Of a DNA stretch of 64,000 nt, positions 43,645 through 54,100 are shown in pieces. The notes beneath the pieces are model-generated. The model was not told the DNA's origin. It ran no database searches and worked only from the letters and a program-made list of their open reading frames with translations. The stretch covers positions 10,366 to 74,365 of the forward strand of contig PSRJ01000194.1 in NCBI GenBank assembly GCA_003175985.1, written 5' to 3'. Each line of letters starts with the position of its first letter. Positions within the stretch are counted from its first letter, which is position 1. This stretch comes from Terriglobia bacterium (lineage in GTDB: Bacteria > Acidobacteriota > Terriglobia > Bryobacterales > Bryobacteraceae). A program made the translations under genes and the position numbers.

Positions 43645-45822
43645 TTAACGCGCCGCGCTATGGGGCCAATTGATCGCCACCGTGATCGGCGAAGAGGATT
43701 CTACCGGGAGGTTTACCAGGAAGCGGCGTCCGTTGGCCGCAGCCTCATACCGGCTTCGCCGCGTCGTCGCTTCGAGATGTACCTCGAACAGAGGCTTCGC
43801 CAACCCGGGTTCGAAGACTGGCGAATCGGTTTTGACGTCCATGGCGATCAGCCGATCGCCGCTGGTATAGTACAGCTCTTTGCCGTCTCTTCGCCAGCTC
43901 GGCTCCATTCCGCCGTCCGTGGAAACCTGCCACTTGCCTTCTGACGGCGGAAAGCTCTGCACATACACTTCGGATCGCCCCGACTGGTTCGAGGTATATG
44001 CCACCCATCGGCCGTTCGGAGAAATCCTCGCGTTTTCCATGGCATAGGGGCCCCACGATTTTGCGTTCCCTTCCAGCGGCAGCGCCCAGGTGATGGGGCC
44101 GATTCTGTATAGAAGAAGCCGTCCGTCAGGAGACCATTGGTGGATAAAGTTGTTCTCCCCAGAATGCAGCAGGAGTTTCGGCTGCGACGCTCCGGCAACC
44201 TCCTTCTGAAAAATGTCGATCACGCTGTTGTGCACCATATCGAAGGCAATGCGGGTACCATCCGGCGACCAGACCGCATTCGTCTCGTCCGCCGGATCAA
44301 ACGTAAACCGTGAAGCGGCTCCAGTCGAAACGTCAAACATCCACAGGTCCCGCGTCCTGCTCTGCGGATCCATCCGGGAGACGATCAGCTTCTTCTCATC
44401 CGGCGAAAGCGACGGATTGGAGTAGTCGGCCGCTTCACCGACGCGGCTCGTTCGCTTTCCCTGACGATCCAGCCAAACCAATTCGCTGGATCCGGTGTCG
44501 ATACGCGTGCGATAAGCCAGAACACCGTTCTCGGAAGCGGAGATTGCCGCGCGTGAAATGCCGCCTGCCACCGCGATCAACACTCGCTGCGCCACCTGAA
44601 ATGGCGCGCCCCGCAATTCGAGCTTGCCGAGATCGAATCTTTGCGCCATGAGATCGGTGCCGCGGGTAAAGAGCAGGTAGCCCGCTCCTTTTCCGGCGCC
44701 CGCGTACACCGCATTGCTGGTTGAATTTACCAGCCGCTTGGTCGTTTTGGAATCCAAGGAACCCACGTAAATGCCGGTGTTTTCGGGGCTCTCGCTTTGC
44801 GCGAAGTAAACAAAGTGGCGGCCATCGGGAAGGAACCGCGGCGCGGAGTGACGGATCTCGCGCCTGGTATCGATAGTTCGCCACCGGGTTGGTTCGCCGC
44901 CGCTCGATGCCACCCTGAAAATCTCGGGCCTTTCCGTCGTTTCGAACAGAATGACTCCATCGCGGTTCCAGGTGCCCGAGGAGCGTCCGATGGGTGTGTT
45001 GCAGACCGTTTGCACCGTACCGCTTTGCAGCTCGATCTGCTTCAGTTTTCCGGCAGCGAAAAAGGCGACAGAACGGCTATCGGAGGACCAGAACGCTGAA
45101 TCGACCAGTTCGGTGCCCGCCAGAGGTTCTGCGATAAGGGATCCCAGCGATCTCAACCAGAGCTGCCTTCTACCATCCGCGGCCACCCCGATAAATACCA
45201 GCCGCGCGCCGTCCGGCGAGACGGACATCGAGTCGATGTCCGGCGTGGTCACTCTATCCGGCGGCGAGATGAGAAACCGAACGACCCGGTCCTGTGGCGG
45301 TTCCTGGCGCAGATACAACCAGGCGAAAATCAGTGCTGCGGTTGTCGCCAGCACGGCCGGGCTCCAATAAAGCCAGCGCCGATTGCGGCTGATCGCGGAG
45401 GCCGGGGGAGCAGACCGTGCGCTCTCCAAACCGGAGGCGGCGGGCGTCTCCAAGGTTGTGGCCGGCTCGGAGACGGCTTGCGTGGAGCCGCCATTGCCGC
45501 CGAGAGCGACGATATCGCTGCTAAAGCGATATCCATATCGCGGAAGAGTCTCAATCCAATCTGTCCCATGTTCCCCCAGAATCTTTCGCAAGGCTGAGAT
45601 CTGGAAGGATAGATTGGCCTCTTCCACGAAAGTGTCGGGCCAAAGGGCGCCCATCAATTCTTTTTTCGTGAAGACGCGGCCGCGCCCCTCGACTAACAGA
45701 AGAAGGAGATCAAACGTCTTTGGCGCGATTGCAAGGTGGCGCCCTTCGCGAGCGAGCAGTCGTTTCGCAGAGTCCAACCGGTACGGCCCGAATTCATACA
45801 AGCCATCTCTTGCATTCCCCAT
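43645..45822 (-). CDS. ToxR/CadC-like membrane-anchored transcriptional regulator with a TolB-like beta-propeller sensor
   Basis: N-terminal OmpR/PhoB-type winged helix (YEFGPYRLDSAKRLLAREGRHLAIAPKTFDLLLLLV...PRYGYRF). One TM segment (WLYWSPAVLATTAALIFAWLYL). Repeated SPDG propeller motifs (SVSPDGARLVF, WSPDGTRIAF, WSPDGRLLLY, ISPNGRWVAY). Confidence 0.9.
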   Translation of the reverse strand: MGNARDGLYEFGPYRLDSAKRLLAREGRHLAIAPKTFDLLLLLVEGRGRVFTKKELMGALWPDTFVEEANLSFQISALRKILGEHGTDWIETLPRYGYRFSSDIVALGGNGGSTQAVSEPATTLETPAASGLESARSAPPASAISRNRRWLYWSPAVLATTAALIFAWLYLRQEPPQDRVVRFLISPPDRVTTPDIDSMSVSPDGARLVFIGVAADGRRQLWLRSLGSLIAEPLAGTELVDSAFWSSDSRSVAFFAAGKLKQIELQSGTVQTVCNTPIGRSSGTWNRDGVILFETTERPEIFRVASSGGEPTRWRTIDTRREIRHSAPRFLPDGRHFVYFAQSESPENTGIYVGSLDSKTTKRLVNSTSNAVYAGAGKGAGYLLFTRGTDLMAQRFDLGKLELRGAPFQVAQRVLIAVAGGISRAAISASENGVLAYRTRIDTGSSELVWLDRQGKRTSRVGEAADYSNPSLSPDEKKLIVSRMDPQSRTRDLWMFDVSTGAASRFTFDPADETNAVWSPDGTRIAFDMVHNSVIDIFQKEVAGASQPKLLLHSGENNFIHQWSPDGRLLLYRIGPITWALPLEGNAKSWGPYAMENARISPNGRWVAYTSNQSGRSEVYVQSFPPSEGKWQVSTDGGMEPSWRRDGKELYYTSGDRLIAMDVKTDSPVFEPGLAKPLFEVHLEATTRRSRYEAAANGRRFLVNLPVESSSPITVAINWPHSAAR

Positions 45823-45929
45823 TTCCAGCCTCTGAGGCCCACCCGGGTTTAACTGGGTCTATTTTAGTTGCAAACGGGGATTTCTGGCAATGCCGTTGAA
45901 TGTGCCGATTGGCTGCCGATGGCAGGGGC

Positions 45930-46820
45930 CTATCTCTCGGTCCCTTCTATGGGCGCTACACCAGGCCGGTTCTCGCGCTGCCCGGCGGGAGCGGGCGTGA
46001 CCCCCAAATTAACTTGGGCGCCCAGGCGAATGAGCGCAGCCTCCCCCGGAGCCTGAAAGAACGTAAAGCCCGGCTTGTCCTTCCACGCCTGTGGACCGCC
46101 AAGCCTGATGCCATGAGCCAAAGTCACATCATGAATTTTTTTGACCATGGATTCGTAGAGGGGATCGCCCTGCTTCGTCCCGGAGAAGTTCCCGAGGTCC
46201 GTACTGGCAGCGAAAATCATATCGATACCGGGGACCGATGCGATCTTTTCCACATTTTCGACACCGATCGGTGTCTCAATCATGATGCCGACGAACATAT
46301 TGTCATTCGCGGTTTGCCGGTAGTCGCTGCCCCAAAGCGGTCCATACTGTCCCGCACCCTGGCTTCGCCGGCCCGCCGGAGGATATTTCGCCCACTTCAC
46401 CGCCGCCTGGGCCTTCTCGACCGTATCCACGGTGGGGACGATGATCCCGATGGCGCCAATATCCGTGGCTTTTTGGATATCGCTCTCGGTCGCGTCCGGC
46501 ACACGAACGAAGGGCATGGCCGACGCGCCGCGGCACGCCCAGATCAACTTGGCGACATCTCCATACGTCAGAGGACTGTGCTGCATCTCAATCCAGGTGA
46601 AATCGTAGCCGGAATTCGCGGCGGCGCAGTAAATATTCGGATCGGGCGAACTGATCGTAACTCCAAAGACTTGCTTGCCCGCCATCAGTTTCGCCTTGGC
46701 GGTGTTGTAAATCTTCGTTTGGCCCGTCTGCGTCTGGCGCTGGTTCTGCTGGGCTAGCGCCGCCCACGCAATGGCGGTCACGCCGATGGTGGCAACCAAC
46801 GCAATTCGTCTCTTTGTCAT
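45930..46820 (-). CDS. HpcH/HpaI-family aldolase with an N-terminal signal peptide
   Basis: SD AGGAG lies 8 nt upstream and overlaps the DUF1501 stop. Signal peptide MTKRRIALVATIGVTAIAWAALA|Q. Family motifs: DFTWIEMQH, PFVRVP, GAIGIIVPTVDT, YPPAGRRS, GIMIET, IFAASTDL. Confidence 0.88.
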   Translation of the reverse strand: MTKRRIALVATIGVTAIAWAALAQQNQRQTQTGQTKIYNTAKAKLMAGKQVFGVTISSPDPNIYCAAANSGYDFTWIEMQHSPLTYGDVAKLIWACRGASAMPFVRVPDATESDIQKATDIGAIGIIVPTVDTVEKAQAAVKWAKYPPAGRRSQGAGQYGPLWGSDYRQTANDNMFVGIMIETPIGVENVEKIASVPGIDMIFAASTDLGNFSGTKQGDPLYESMVKKIHDVTLAHGIRLGGPQAWKDKPGFTFFQAPGEAALIRLGAQVNLGVTPAPAGQRENRPGVAPIEGTER

Positions 46821-46830
46821 GAAAATGCTC

Positions 46831-48330
46831 CTAAGCGACGATCTGCGGGATCAGTTCCCCGGCGACGTCGGTCAAACGCATGTTGCGGCCGTTGTAGTAA
46901 TAGGTGAGCCGCTTGTGATCGATCCCCATCAAGTAAAGGATGGATGCGTGCAAATCGTGCGCGGTGACGATCTGTTCGGCAGCTTTGTAGCCGAATTCAT
47001 CGCTCGCGCCGATGGATTGTCCACCCTTAACCCCCGCGCCCGCCATGAAGACCGTCAGCGCTCCGGGGTTATGATCGCGGCCGATGCCTTTCTGAGAAAG
47101 CGGCATCCGGCCAAACTCCGAATGCCAAACCACCAGCGTTTCGTCTAACAATCCGCGACGCTTCAAATCGGTGATCAGGCCGGCGATGGGTTTGTCCACC
47201 TCGGGCGCGTGACGTCCGTGATTATCGACGATGCTGTTGTGCGCATCCCATGTATCGACATTCTGGTTCACGACTGCCCCGTTCCAAAGCTGTACAGCCC
47301 GAACGCCGCGCTCGACGAGTCTGCGGGCCATCAGGCATTGCCGGCCGAAGGGTTCGCTCACCTTGTTGTCGAGGCCATAGAGTCGCTTGGTTTCATCGCT
47401 CTCGTCATCGAGGTTGATGGCTTCGGGGGCGCAGCCCTGCATCCGGAAAGCCAGTTCATAAGAACTGATCCGGGCTGTCAGTTCGCTGATGCCCGGGTGC
47501 TTCTCGACATAATTCTGGTTGATTCGAGAAAGTTCATCCAACTCGGCGCGCTGCTGTTCCGGGGATAAGGATCCGGCGGAAGGATGCAAATCGAGAATCG
47601 GGTCGCCCGCGGAGCGGAAAACCGTGCCCTGGTACGCGGCAGGCAAAAACCCGGAGCTCCATTGCGCGGACCCCGTGAAAGGTCCGCCCCGCGGATCGTG
47701 AATGACTACAAATGCTGGCAGGCTTTGATTCTCGCTGCCGAGTCCGTAGGTGAGCCACGCACCCATGCTGGGGTAGCCGGCGATAATCGAGCCGGTATTC
47801 CATTCGTAGTGGGACAACGTGTGATCCGCGGACCTCCCCTGAGCCGAGTGGATGAATGCCAGCTCGTCGACAATCCCGCTAATGTTCGGGAACAGCTCGG
47901 AGACCCATTTGCCGGATTGGCCGAATTGCTTGAACTGATAGGGACTCTTCATCAAGGGGCCGGGATAGCCCTGCCGTACCAAAACCTCGCCCTTACCCTC
48001 CATAGGCTTGCCGTGATACTTCGTGAGCGCCGGCTTGTAGTCGAATGTATCCACGTGGCTGACGCCGCCGCACATGAAGAGCGAGATGACCGACTTGGCT
48101 CTGGCTTTGAAGTGGGGAGCCTTGGGCAAGAACGGAGAATCGGTGACACCGGCAGAACCGACACACGCCTGCGGTCCCGCCGCAGGTGCTCCCAGAAGGC
48201 CATCCGTCCCCAGCAAGTAAGCCAGCGCGATGCCGCTGATGCCTCCGCCAGCCTGAAAGAGGAGGTCACGCCGCGAGATAAAACGCCGCCGGCTTTTTCC
48301 GTTACAGTTGCATTCCGGTTCGTGCTTCAT
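46831..48330 (-). CDS. DUF1501 protein with a Tat signal, copy 2
   Basis: SD AGGAGG lies 5 nt upstream and overlaps the PSD1 stop. FISRRDLLFQAGGGISGIAL. Collinear with copy 1 along its whole length, with many identical blocks. Confidence 0.92.
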   Translation of the reverse strand: MKHEPECNCNGKSRRRFISRRDLLFQAGGGISGIALAYLLGTDGLLGAPAAGPQACVGSAGVTDSPFLPKAPHFKARAKSVISLFMCGGVSHVDTFDYKPALTKYHGKPMEGKGEVLVRQGYPGPLMKSPYQFKQFGQSGKWVSELFPNISGIVDELAFIHSAQGRSADHTLSHYEWNTGSIIAGYPSMGAWLTYGLGSENQSLPAFVVIHDPRGGPFTGSAQWSSGFLPAAYQGTVFRSAGDPILDLHPSAGSLSPEQQRAELDELSRINQNYVEKHPGISELTARISSYELAFRMQGCAPEAINLDDESDETKRLYGLDNKVSEPFGRQCLMARRLVERGVRAVQLWNGAVVNQNVDTWDAHNSIVDNHGRHAPEVDKPIAGLITDLKRRGLLDETLVVWHSEFGRMPLSQKGIGRDHNPGALTVFMAGAGVKGGQSIGASDEFGYKAAEQIVTAHDLHASILYLMGIDHKRLTYYYNGRNMRLTDVAGELIPQIVA

Positions 48331-48339
48331 GACATCCTC

Positions 48340-51048
48340 CTAGTTGATATACAAAAACTCGTTGGTGTTGAAAATGACGTGCGCAAATTCTGCTAACGCC
48401 CCGCCGGACTTCGCCTGCTTCTTCAGGAATTCCATCGATTGCTGCAACTCGCGCGCGCTGGGCTCGCGGCTGAAGGCAATCCGGTAGACCTGCTTGATCT
48501 GCGCCGCGGGATCGCTTCCTGCCTCGCGCGTGACCCGCTCGGCGAAGTGCTTGGCCTGCAATAGAAAGAACTCGTTGTTGAACAGCGTGAGAGCCTGTGT
48601 GGGCACGGTCGTCACCTCGCGCCGCTCGCAACTCAGAGCCGCGTCGGGCTGGTCGAATACTTCGAACATCGGGTACTTCATATTGCGCTTGACATAGGCG
48701 TAAACGCTGCGCCGCCAGGTGGAGGGATCTTCCTGGGTCTTTTCCCATTTGCCTTTTGTCGGCACCTGGCTGGTGACGGCTTCGGGTACGGGCGGGAAGA
48801 ACGGCTTGCCGCCCGGCTGAAAATTCAGATCGCCGCTGGCCGAGAGCACGGCGTCGCGAATGATCTCCGCTTCCAGTCGTTTGATCGGAAAGCGCCAGAG
48901 GAATTGGTTCGTGGGGTCCTTCTCCGCATTGGCGGGGAGATAATAATCCGACGCCATCTTGTAGGTTTCCGAATTCATGATCAAGCGATGCATTTGCTTG
49001 ATGTCCCAGCCTCGTTGCATGAATTCCGTCGCCAGCCAATCCAGGAGTTCCGGGTTCGACGGCTGCGTTCCCATCTTTCCGAAATTGTTAGGCGTGCTCA
49101 CGATTCCCTGGCCGAAGTGCTGATACCAGATCCGGTTGACCATGACGCGCGCGGTCAGGGGATTCTCTTCCGAAGCAATGGCCTCCGCGAGCGCCCGGCG
49201 GCGGCCGCTGCTGGGATAGCCATTCTTGGGAGGATCGGCGAACGGCTGCTGGCCGGGTTTGGAGAGAACGGTGAGGAATCCCGGTTCCACGACGGGCCCT
49301 TTGATCTCCTCCGGAAAAGGCATCAAGCCATTGCTGGCGAAATAAGTGGGAGGCGGCTCGTAACGGTCGCCCTGCTGGGGAAGATACTTTCCGGTGAAGC
49401 CGTATTTCTCGTAGACAATGCCGCCGAGCGATCCGGGTTGGAAGGGCGGGTGCGGAATGAAACGGAAATCTCCGTCGCGGACACCAAAAGCCACCGGCGG
49501 GCGCGGAGGGATTTGCTTGGTCAACGCATCAATCTGGTCGAGCAGCTTTTTGCGCGCCTGGTCGTCTTCAGAGCTCACTTTGATCAAAGCACGACCGCCG
49601 GTGTTGAAATCCTGTTCTTCGTCGCCGCGTACCGTTGCTACCTGGGCCGCAAGCAGTTTCTGCCCCGGAGTCCTCTTTTCCTCGGGGGTGTTGTAGGCTT
49701 CCTGGATATCTGCCGGAAACGTAGAGAGGATTCTCTGAAACCGCTCTTTCCGATAAGGCTCCTCGATACCCGTGACTTGCTGCCTCAACGACCGGATCTT
49801 GCCATTGATGTCGTCCGCAGCCTTTTGATATTTGGACCAGTCGTCCTGGGTAACCAGCGGATGATCGTATTCCACGAAACCGTTGAATATCGCGATGGTT
49901 TTGTAATAGTCCTTCCGGGTGATCGGATCGAACTTGTGGTCGTGACATCGCGCGCAGTTTACCGATAAGGCTTGGAAACTTTGATACGTTGTGCGGATGA
50001 TGTCGTCGATGTAATCGAACCGGTAGTTGGGGTTCTCCAAGTCGCGATCCAGGACACGCGGGCCAAGGCGCACGAACCCGGTCGCAGTCAGGCTATCGAA
50101 TGTGGGTTTGTCGAGCTCGTCACCTGCGAGCTGTTCCAGGATGAACTGGTTATAGGGCTTATTCTCGTTGAAAGCCTTAATAACGTAATCGCGGTATCGC
50201 CACGCTTCGGAGACGTCGTAATCGTACTCATATCCGGTGCTGTCGGAGTACCGCGCTACATCCAGCCACAAGCGGGCCCAGCGCTCGCCATAATGCGGCG
50301 AGGCGAGAAGTTTGTCAATCAGGTTTTCATAAGCGCGCGGCGCCGGGTCCTTGACGAACGCATCCACCTCGGCCGGGGATGGCAGGAGTCCGAGCAAATC
50401 CAGATAGGCCCGCCGGATCAGTGTGCTTCGATCCGCCGGACGCGCCGGGGTCAACTGTTTTTCTTCCAGTTTCGCTTTCACCAAAGCATCAATGGGTGAC
50501 TTGCTCCAACGAGCATCATTCCCCTGCGGAATGGCGGGCCGAACCGGCTTCTTGAAGGACCACCACTGGCGGTCGGCGTCGGTGATTTTGCGCTCCTGAT
50601 AGCCGTTATACACCAGCAGCGAGGGATCGGCTGCCTGAGTTCCCGCGGGTGTGGGAGTTGCTTTGGCTTCTTCCGGCCAAGCAGCGCCCTGGTCAATCCA
50701 GGTCTTAACCGCTGCAATTTCCTGCGGTGTGAGAGCGGGTACCGGCGCCATTGGCATCACCGGCTTCTCCTCGCCCGTAATGCGTTTGTACAAGAGACTT
50801 TCGGCAGCATTCCCGGGAACGATGGCCGGTCCGTGGGAGCCGCCCTGGAGCAGGGAAGCCCGGCTGGCCACGCTCAACTTCGACATTTGCACCGCAGTGC
50901 CGTGGCACTGCTGGCATTTGGCGAGAATTGCCGATACGTCCGGAGCTTGGGATCGCTGACCAAGCGCGGCGATCGAAAGTATCCCTAATAACAAAATTGC
51001 CATCATCACAGCCGCGGATACTTTGGCGCCTGAAAATTTCCGATGCAT
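48340..51048 (-). CDS. PSD1/DUF1549/DUF1553 protein with a planctomycete cytochrome c domain, copy 2
   Basis: The track start at 51066 is a TTG. ATG codons at 51051 and 51048 follow AGGAGG, and I chose 51048 on spacing (MHRKFSGAKVSAAVMMAILLLGILSIAALG|Q). CQQCHGTAVQMSKLSVASRASLLQGG. CARCHDHKFDPITRKDYY. Confidence 0.9.
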   Translation of the reverse strand: MHRKFSGAKVSAAVMMAILLLGILSIAALGQRSQAPDVSAILAKCQQCHGTAVQMSKLSVASRASLLQGGSHGPAIVPGNAAESLLYKRITGEEKPVMPMAPVPALTPQEIAAVKTWIDQGAAWPEEAKATPTPAGTQAADPSLLVYNGYQERKITDADRQWWSFKKPVRPAIPQGNDARWSKSPIDALVKAKLEEKQLTPARPADRSTLIRRAYLDLLGLLPSPAEVDAFVKDPAPRAYENLIDKLLASPHYGERWARLWLDVARYSDSTGYEYDYDVSEAWRYRDYVIKAFNENKPYNQFILEQLAGDELDKPTFDSLTATGFVRLGPRVLDRDLENPNYRFDYIDDIIRTTYQSFQALSVNCARCHDHKFDPITRKDYYKTIAIFNGFVEYDHPLVTQDDWSKYQKAADDINGKIRSLRQQVTGIEEPYRKERFQRILSTFPADIQEAYNTPEEKRTPGQKLLAAQVATVRGDEEQDFNTGGRALIKVSSEDDQARKKLLDQIDALTKQIPPRPPVAFGVRDGDFRFIPHPPFQPGSLGGIVYEKYGFTGKYLPQQGDRYEPPPTYFASNGLMPFPEEIKGPVVEPGFLTVLSKPGQQPFADPPKNGYPSSGRRRALAEAIASEENPLTARVMVNRIWYQHFGQGIVSTPNNFGKMGTQPSNPELLDWLATEFMQRGWDIKQMHRLIMNSETYKMASDYYLPANAEKDPTNQFLWRFPIKRLEAEIIRDAVLSASGDLNFQPGGKPFFPPVPEAVTSQVPTKGKWEKTQEDPSTWRRSVYAYVKRNMKYPMFEVFDQPDAALSCERREVTTVPTQALTLFNNEFFLLQAKHFAERVTREAGSDPAAQIKQVYRIAFSREPSARELQQSMEFLKKQAKSGGALAEFAHVIFNTNEFLYIN

Positions 51049-51139
51049 CATACCCTCCTGGGACAAATTCCCACTCTCCTGGCTACAGCCTACATCCTCG
51101 CCTATGCCGAATTCAACCCGGGCGCTGCGGCCCGGAACT

Positions 51140-54100
51140 CTACCAACTCAATTTCAATCCAACACGAAACGTGCGCTCATCGAGGCCGTCCCGGCCTGTG
51201 TTCCGAATATCCGTGGCCAGCATGAACGATCCGCTGTTTACCGATGTGCTGGTGGCGCTTGTGGCGCCCGGATTGGCGTGGTGCGGCGTGTTGGCCAGGT
51301 TGAACGATTCCGCACGAAGCCGCAGCTCGAATCGTTCCGTAAACCGGAATCTTCGGTCTAACCCCATATCCAAATTGACCAGCGCCGGGCCGGAGAGGCT
51401 GTTCTGTCCGCACGTGCCGAAGCGGCCCGAAGCCGGCACACCGAAATCCGCTTTGCTGTACCACTGGTAGATGTCGCCCAGTCTTCTGGCCGGCGCTGCC
51501 AGACAATCTGCGAACTGGCCGGAGGCGTTGGAATTCAGGGACGCGTTCGAAGCCGTCGCGCTAAATGGCATTCCGGTATAGGCGCTCAACACGCTGCTAA
51601 GCTGCCAGCCACCCAAGATCGTGGCTGTCGGGCCATCGTGAACCCAGTGCTTTCCTCTTCCGAAGGGAAGCTCGGCCACCCAGCTCACCTGGAGGTTGTG
51701 GCGGATGTCGCGGTTCAGCGAACCATAATTTTTCCGGTATGCATATGGCAGGCCCACCGTCGGCACCGCCCCCGAGCTTTCGTTGGTATAACCGCGCCCA
51801 TGGGCGAATGTATACCCAACGCTCACCTGGTACCCTTCGGCAAAACGGTGCTCGGTGTGAACCTGCAGGGAGTCGTATTTGGCGGTTCCCAGAGTGGCCA
51901 TCAGGCTTGTGGGCGCCGTACGGCCGAATTTCTGGTTGAGGATTTCGCCCGAAGTCCCGGTGCCGATCGGCGACCAGTTCTGGTCCATCTGGGCTAACTG
52001 GTCGACCGATCGCGTCGCCACATAACCTGCCGAGGTGATCCAGCCTGCCAATCGTTTTTCGATCGTGAAATTCCAGGATTGGAGATATCCGCGTACGAGG
52101 TTGTTCTTGTCAAAGCTGATCAGGTTGACGTTGCCGGCCACTTTCGAAAAGCCGGTGCTCAGATCTGGCCTCGGGATCGCGGGAAAACCCTGGCGCAACG
52201 AGATGGCATAGGACAACGTGTTGGGTGCGTTGAGAACGACGTTCACAACATCGGGATAGTTGAGCCTCTGGAAATTCGCAAAATTGATGGGATCGTTGGT
52301 GAGACCGTAACCCGCCCGGATTACAAAAGTGTCGGAGACGCGATACGCGATGCCCGCTCGCGGAGCGGGGCGGCCTCTTCCTGTGCTGATGCCGCAGTCG
52401 ATCGGATTCGGGCCAAGCCCGCAAAGATTCACAACATTGTTTTCGAAGTCATAAACTTCCAGGCCGCGGCCCACGCGCGTGGGGAACGGAAAGTATTCCC
52501 AGCGAAGGCCGTAATTCACCGTGAATTTCGGGGTGACCTGCCATCGATCGCGGGCATAGAAGCTGTATGCCTTCATGCGGGTCTGGATATCATCCGGGAA
52601 CAGGCGGAGTTTGCCGGCATTTACGGGAAGGCCAAGTAGAAACGAGGCGAAAGCATTGTAGTCATTGCCCGCTGGTCCTCCTTTGAGCTGCGTGGCTCCT
52701 TGAGAGAACTGAAAACCGCCGGGACCGGCCGTGTAAGAGTTGATGCCTTGCGGTTGGCTCTCATTGATGTCTTGAAGATTGATATCCGCGCCGAAACGGA
52801 GATTATGGCTGCCCTTGTTCCAGCTCATGTTGGCTGCATACACGCGGCTCGGGTCCCGATAACCATGCGGCTCAAAGTTGTTGGCGGCGCCCACCTGCGA
52901 AAACCCGTCGATCAGCATCAGGGGCCAGCCGATCTCGCGTGGGTCTGAGCTCTGGAGTCCGGGCACCTGCAGCACGGTCGAACCAAGATTCTCGGCCGCG
53001 CGAATCGGTATGTCGTTGAAGTCCTCTCGGAAATAACCGTAGTTGGCATCGAGTACGAGGTTAGTTGAGACCACATAAGTCGCGGAAATGGTCCCTTGGA
53101 AAAGATGGCCCTGCACGAAGCCGGAACCCGTATTGGCCCGGCTGATGGGGAGGCCGCCGAGCGAGCCAAAGATCCCGTTGGTGTACGCGTTGTGGTCCAC
53201 AAGACCGAAGCGGTAGAACGTGCTCAGCTTCTCAGTGGGGTTCCAGGTGAGCTTGTCATCGTATTGCCGGCGCCACTGGTAATTCGAAGCCGACGTACTG
53301 AAATTTCTGGCCAATCCGAGCGCTCCCGAGCCAGGTTGATTCGGAGCCCACTGAGCAGCCTGATTTAGAAAACTCTGTACGCCACGGTCGATGCGGTCCG
53401 CGGGAATTGCATTATTGGGAAACGGGGTCCGGCCACCACCATCCGGACTGCCGGTCGCCGGATCGTAAATCGGGGTTGGGGAACCCGACAGATTACCTGC
53501 CTTCATGGCTACGGTCGGCACCTGTACCACTTGGGTAACACTCTCGGAATATCCGGTCCCCTCAAAGCTCGCGAAGTAGAACAGCTTGTCCCGCCGGATG
53601 GGCCCCCCGAGCGAGGCTCCGTATTGGTTGTTGATGTATTTGGGATTTGGCTGTGTGCGATCCGCGGCCCACTGATAGGCTTTCAGGTGCTGGTCGGTGT
53701 GATATTCGAACAGCGAGCCGTGCAGGCTGTTGGAGCCGCTTTTGATTTGAATGCTGACGGCAGCGCCCCCTGCGAGCCCCTGTTCGGCGTCGAAAGAGTT
53801 GGTGACGACATTCACTTCCTGGATCGCCTCCAAGCTCGGAATGTATGTGAGTGCGCTATCAATGATGCCGCCGCTCGAGGCGCCGTCGATGCGCGTGCTG
53901 TTGATATTGGTCGGTGCGCCATTGGCCGAGAAGTTGATGGACCGGGTGGGATTGGCGGCAAACGAATTTGCGTTCTGCGCGGGGGAAACCCCAGGGAGCG
54001 TCACAAACAGCATCTGGTAATTGCGGCCGATCGGCACCGGCACGTTGGCCAGGGTCTGCTGTGTCATCTCCGCGCGGACGTCGGAGCGGTCGGTCTGCAG

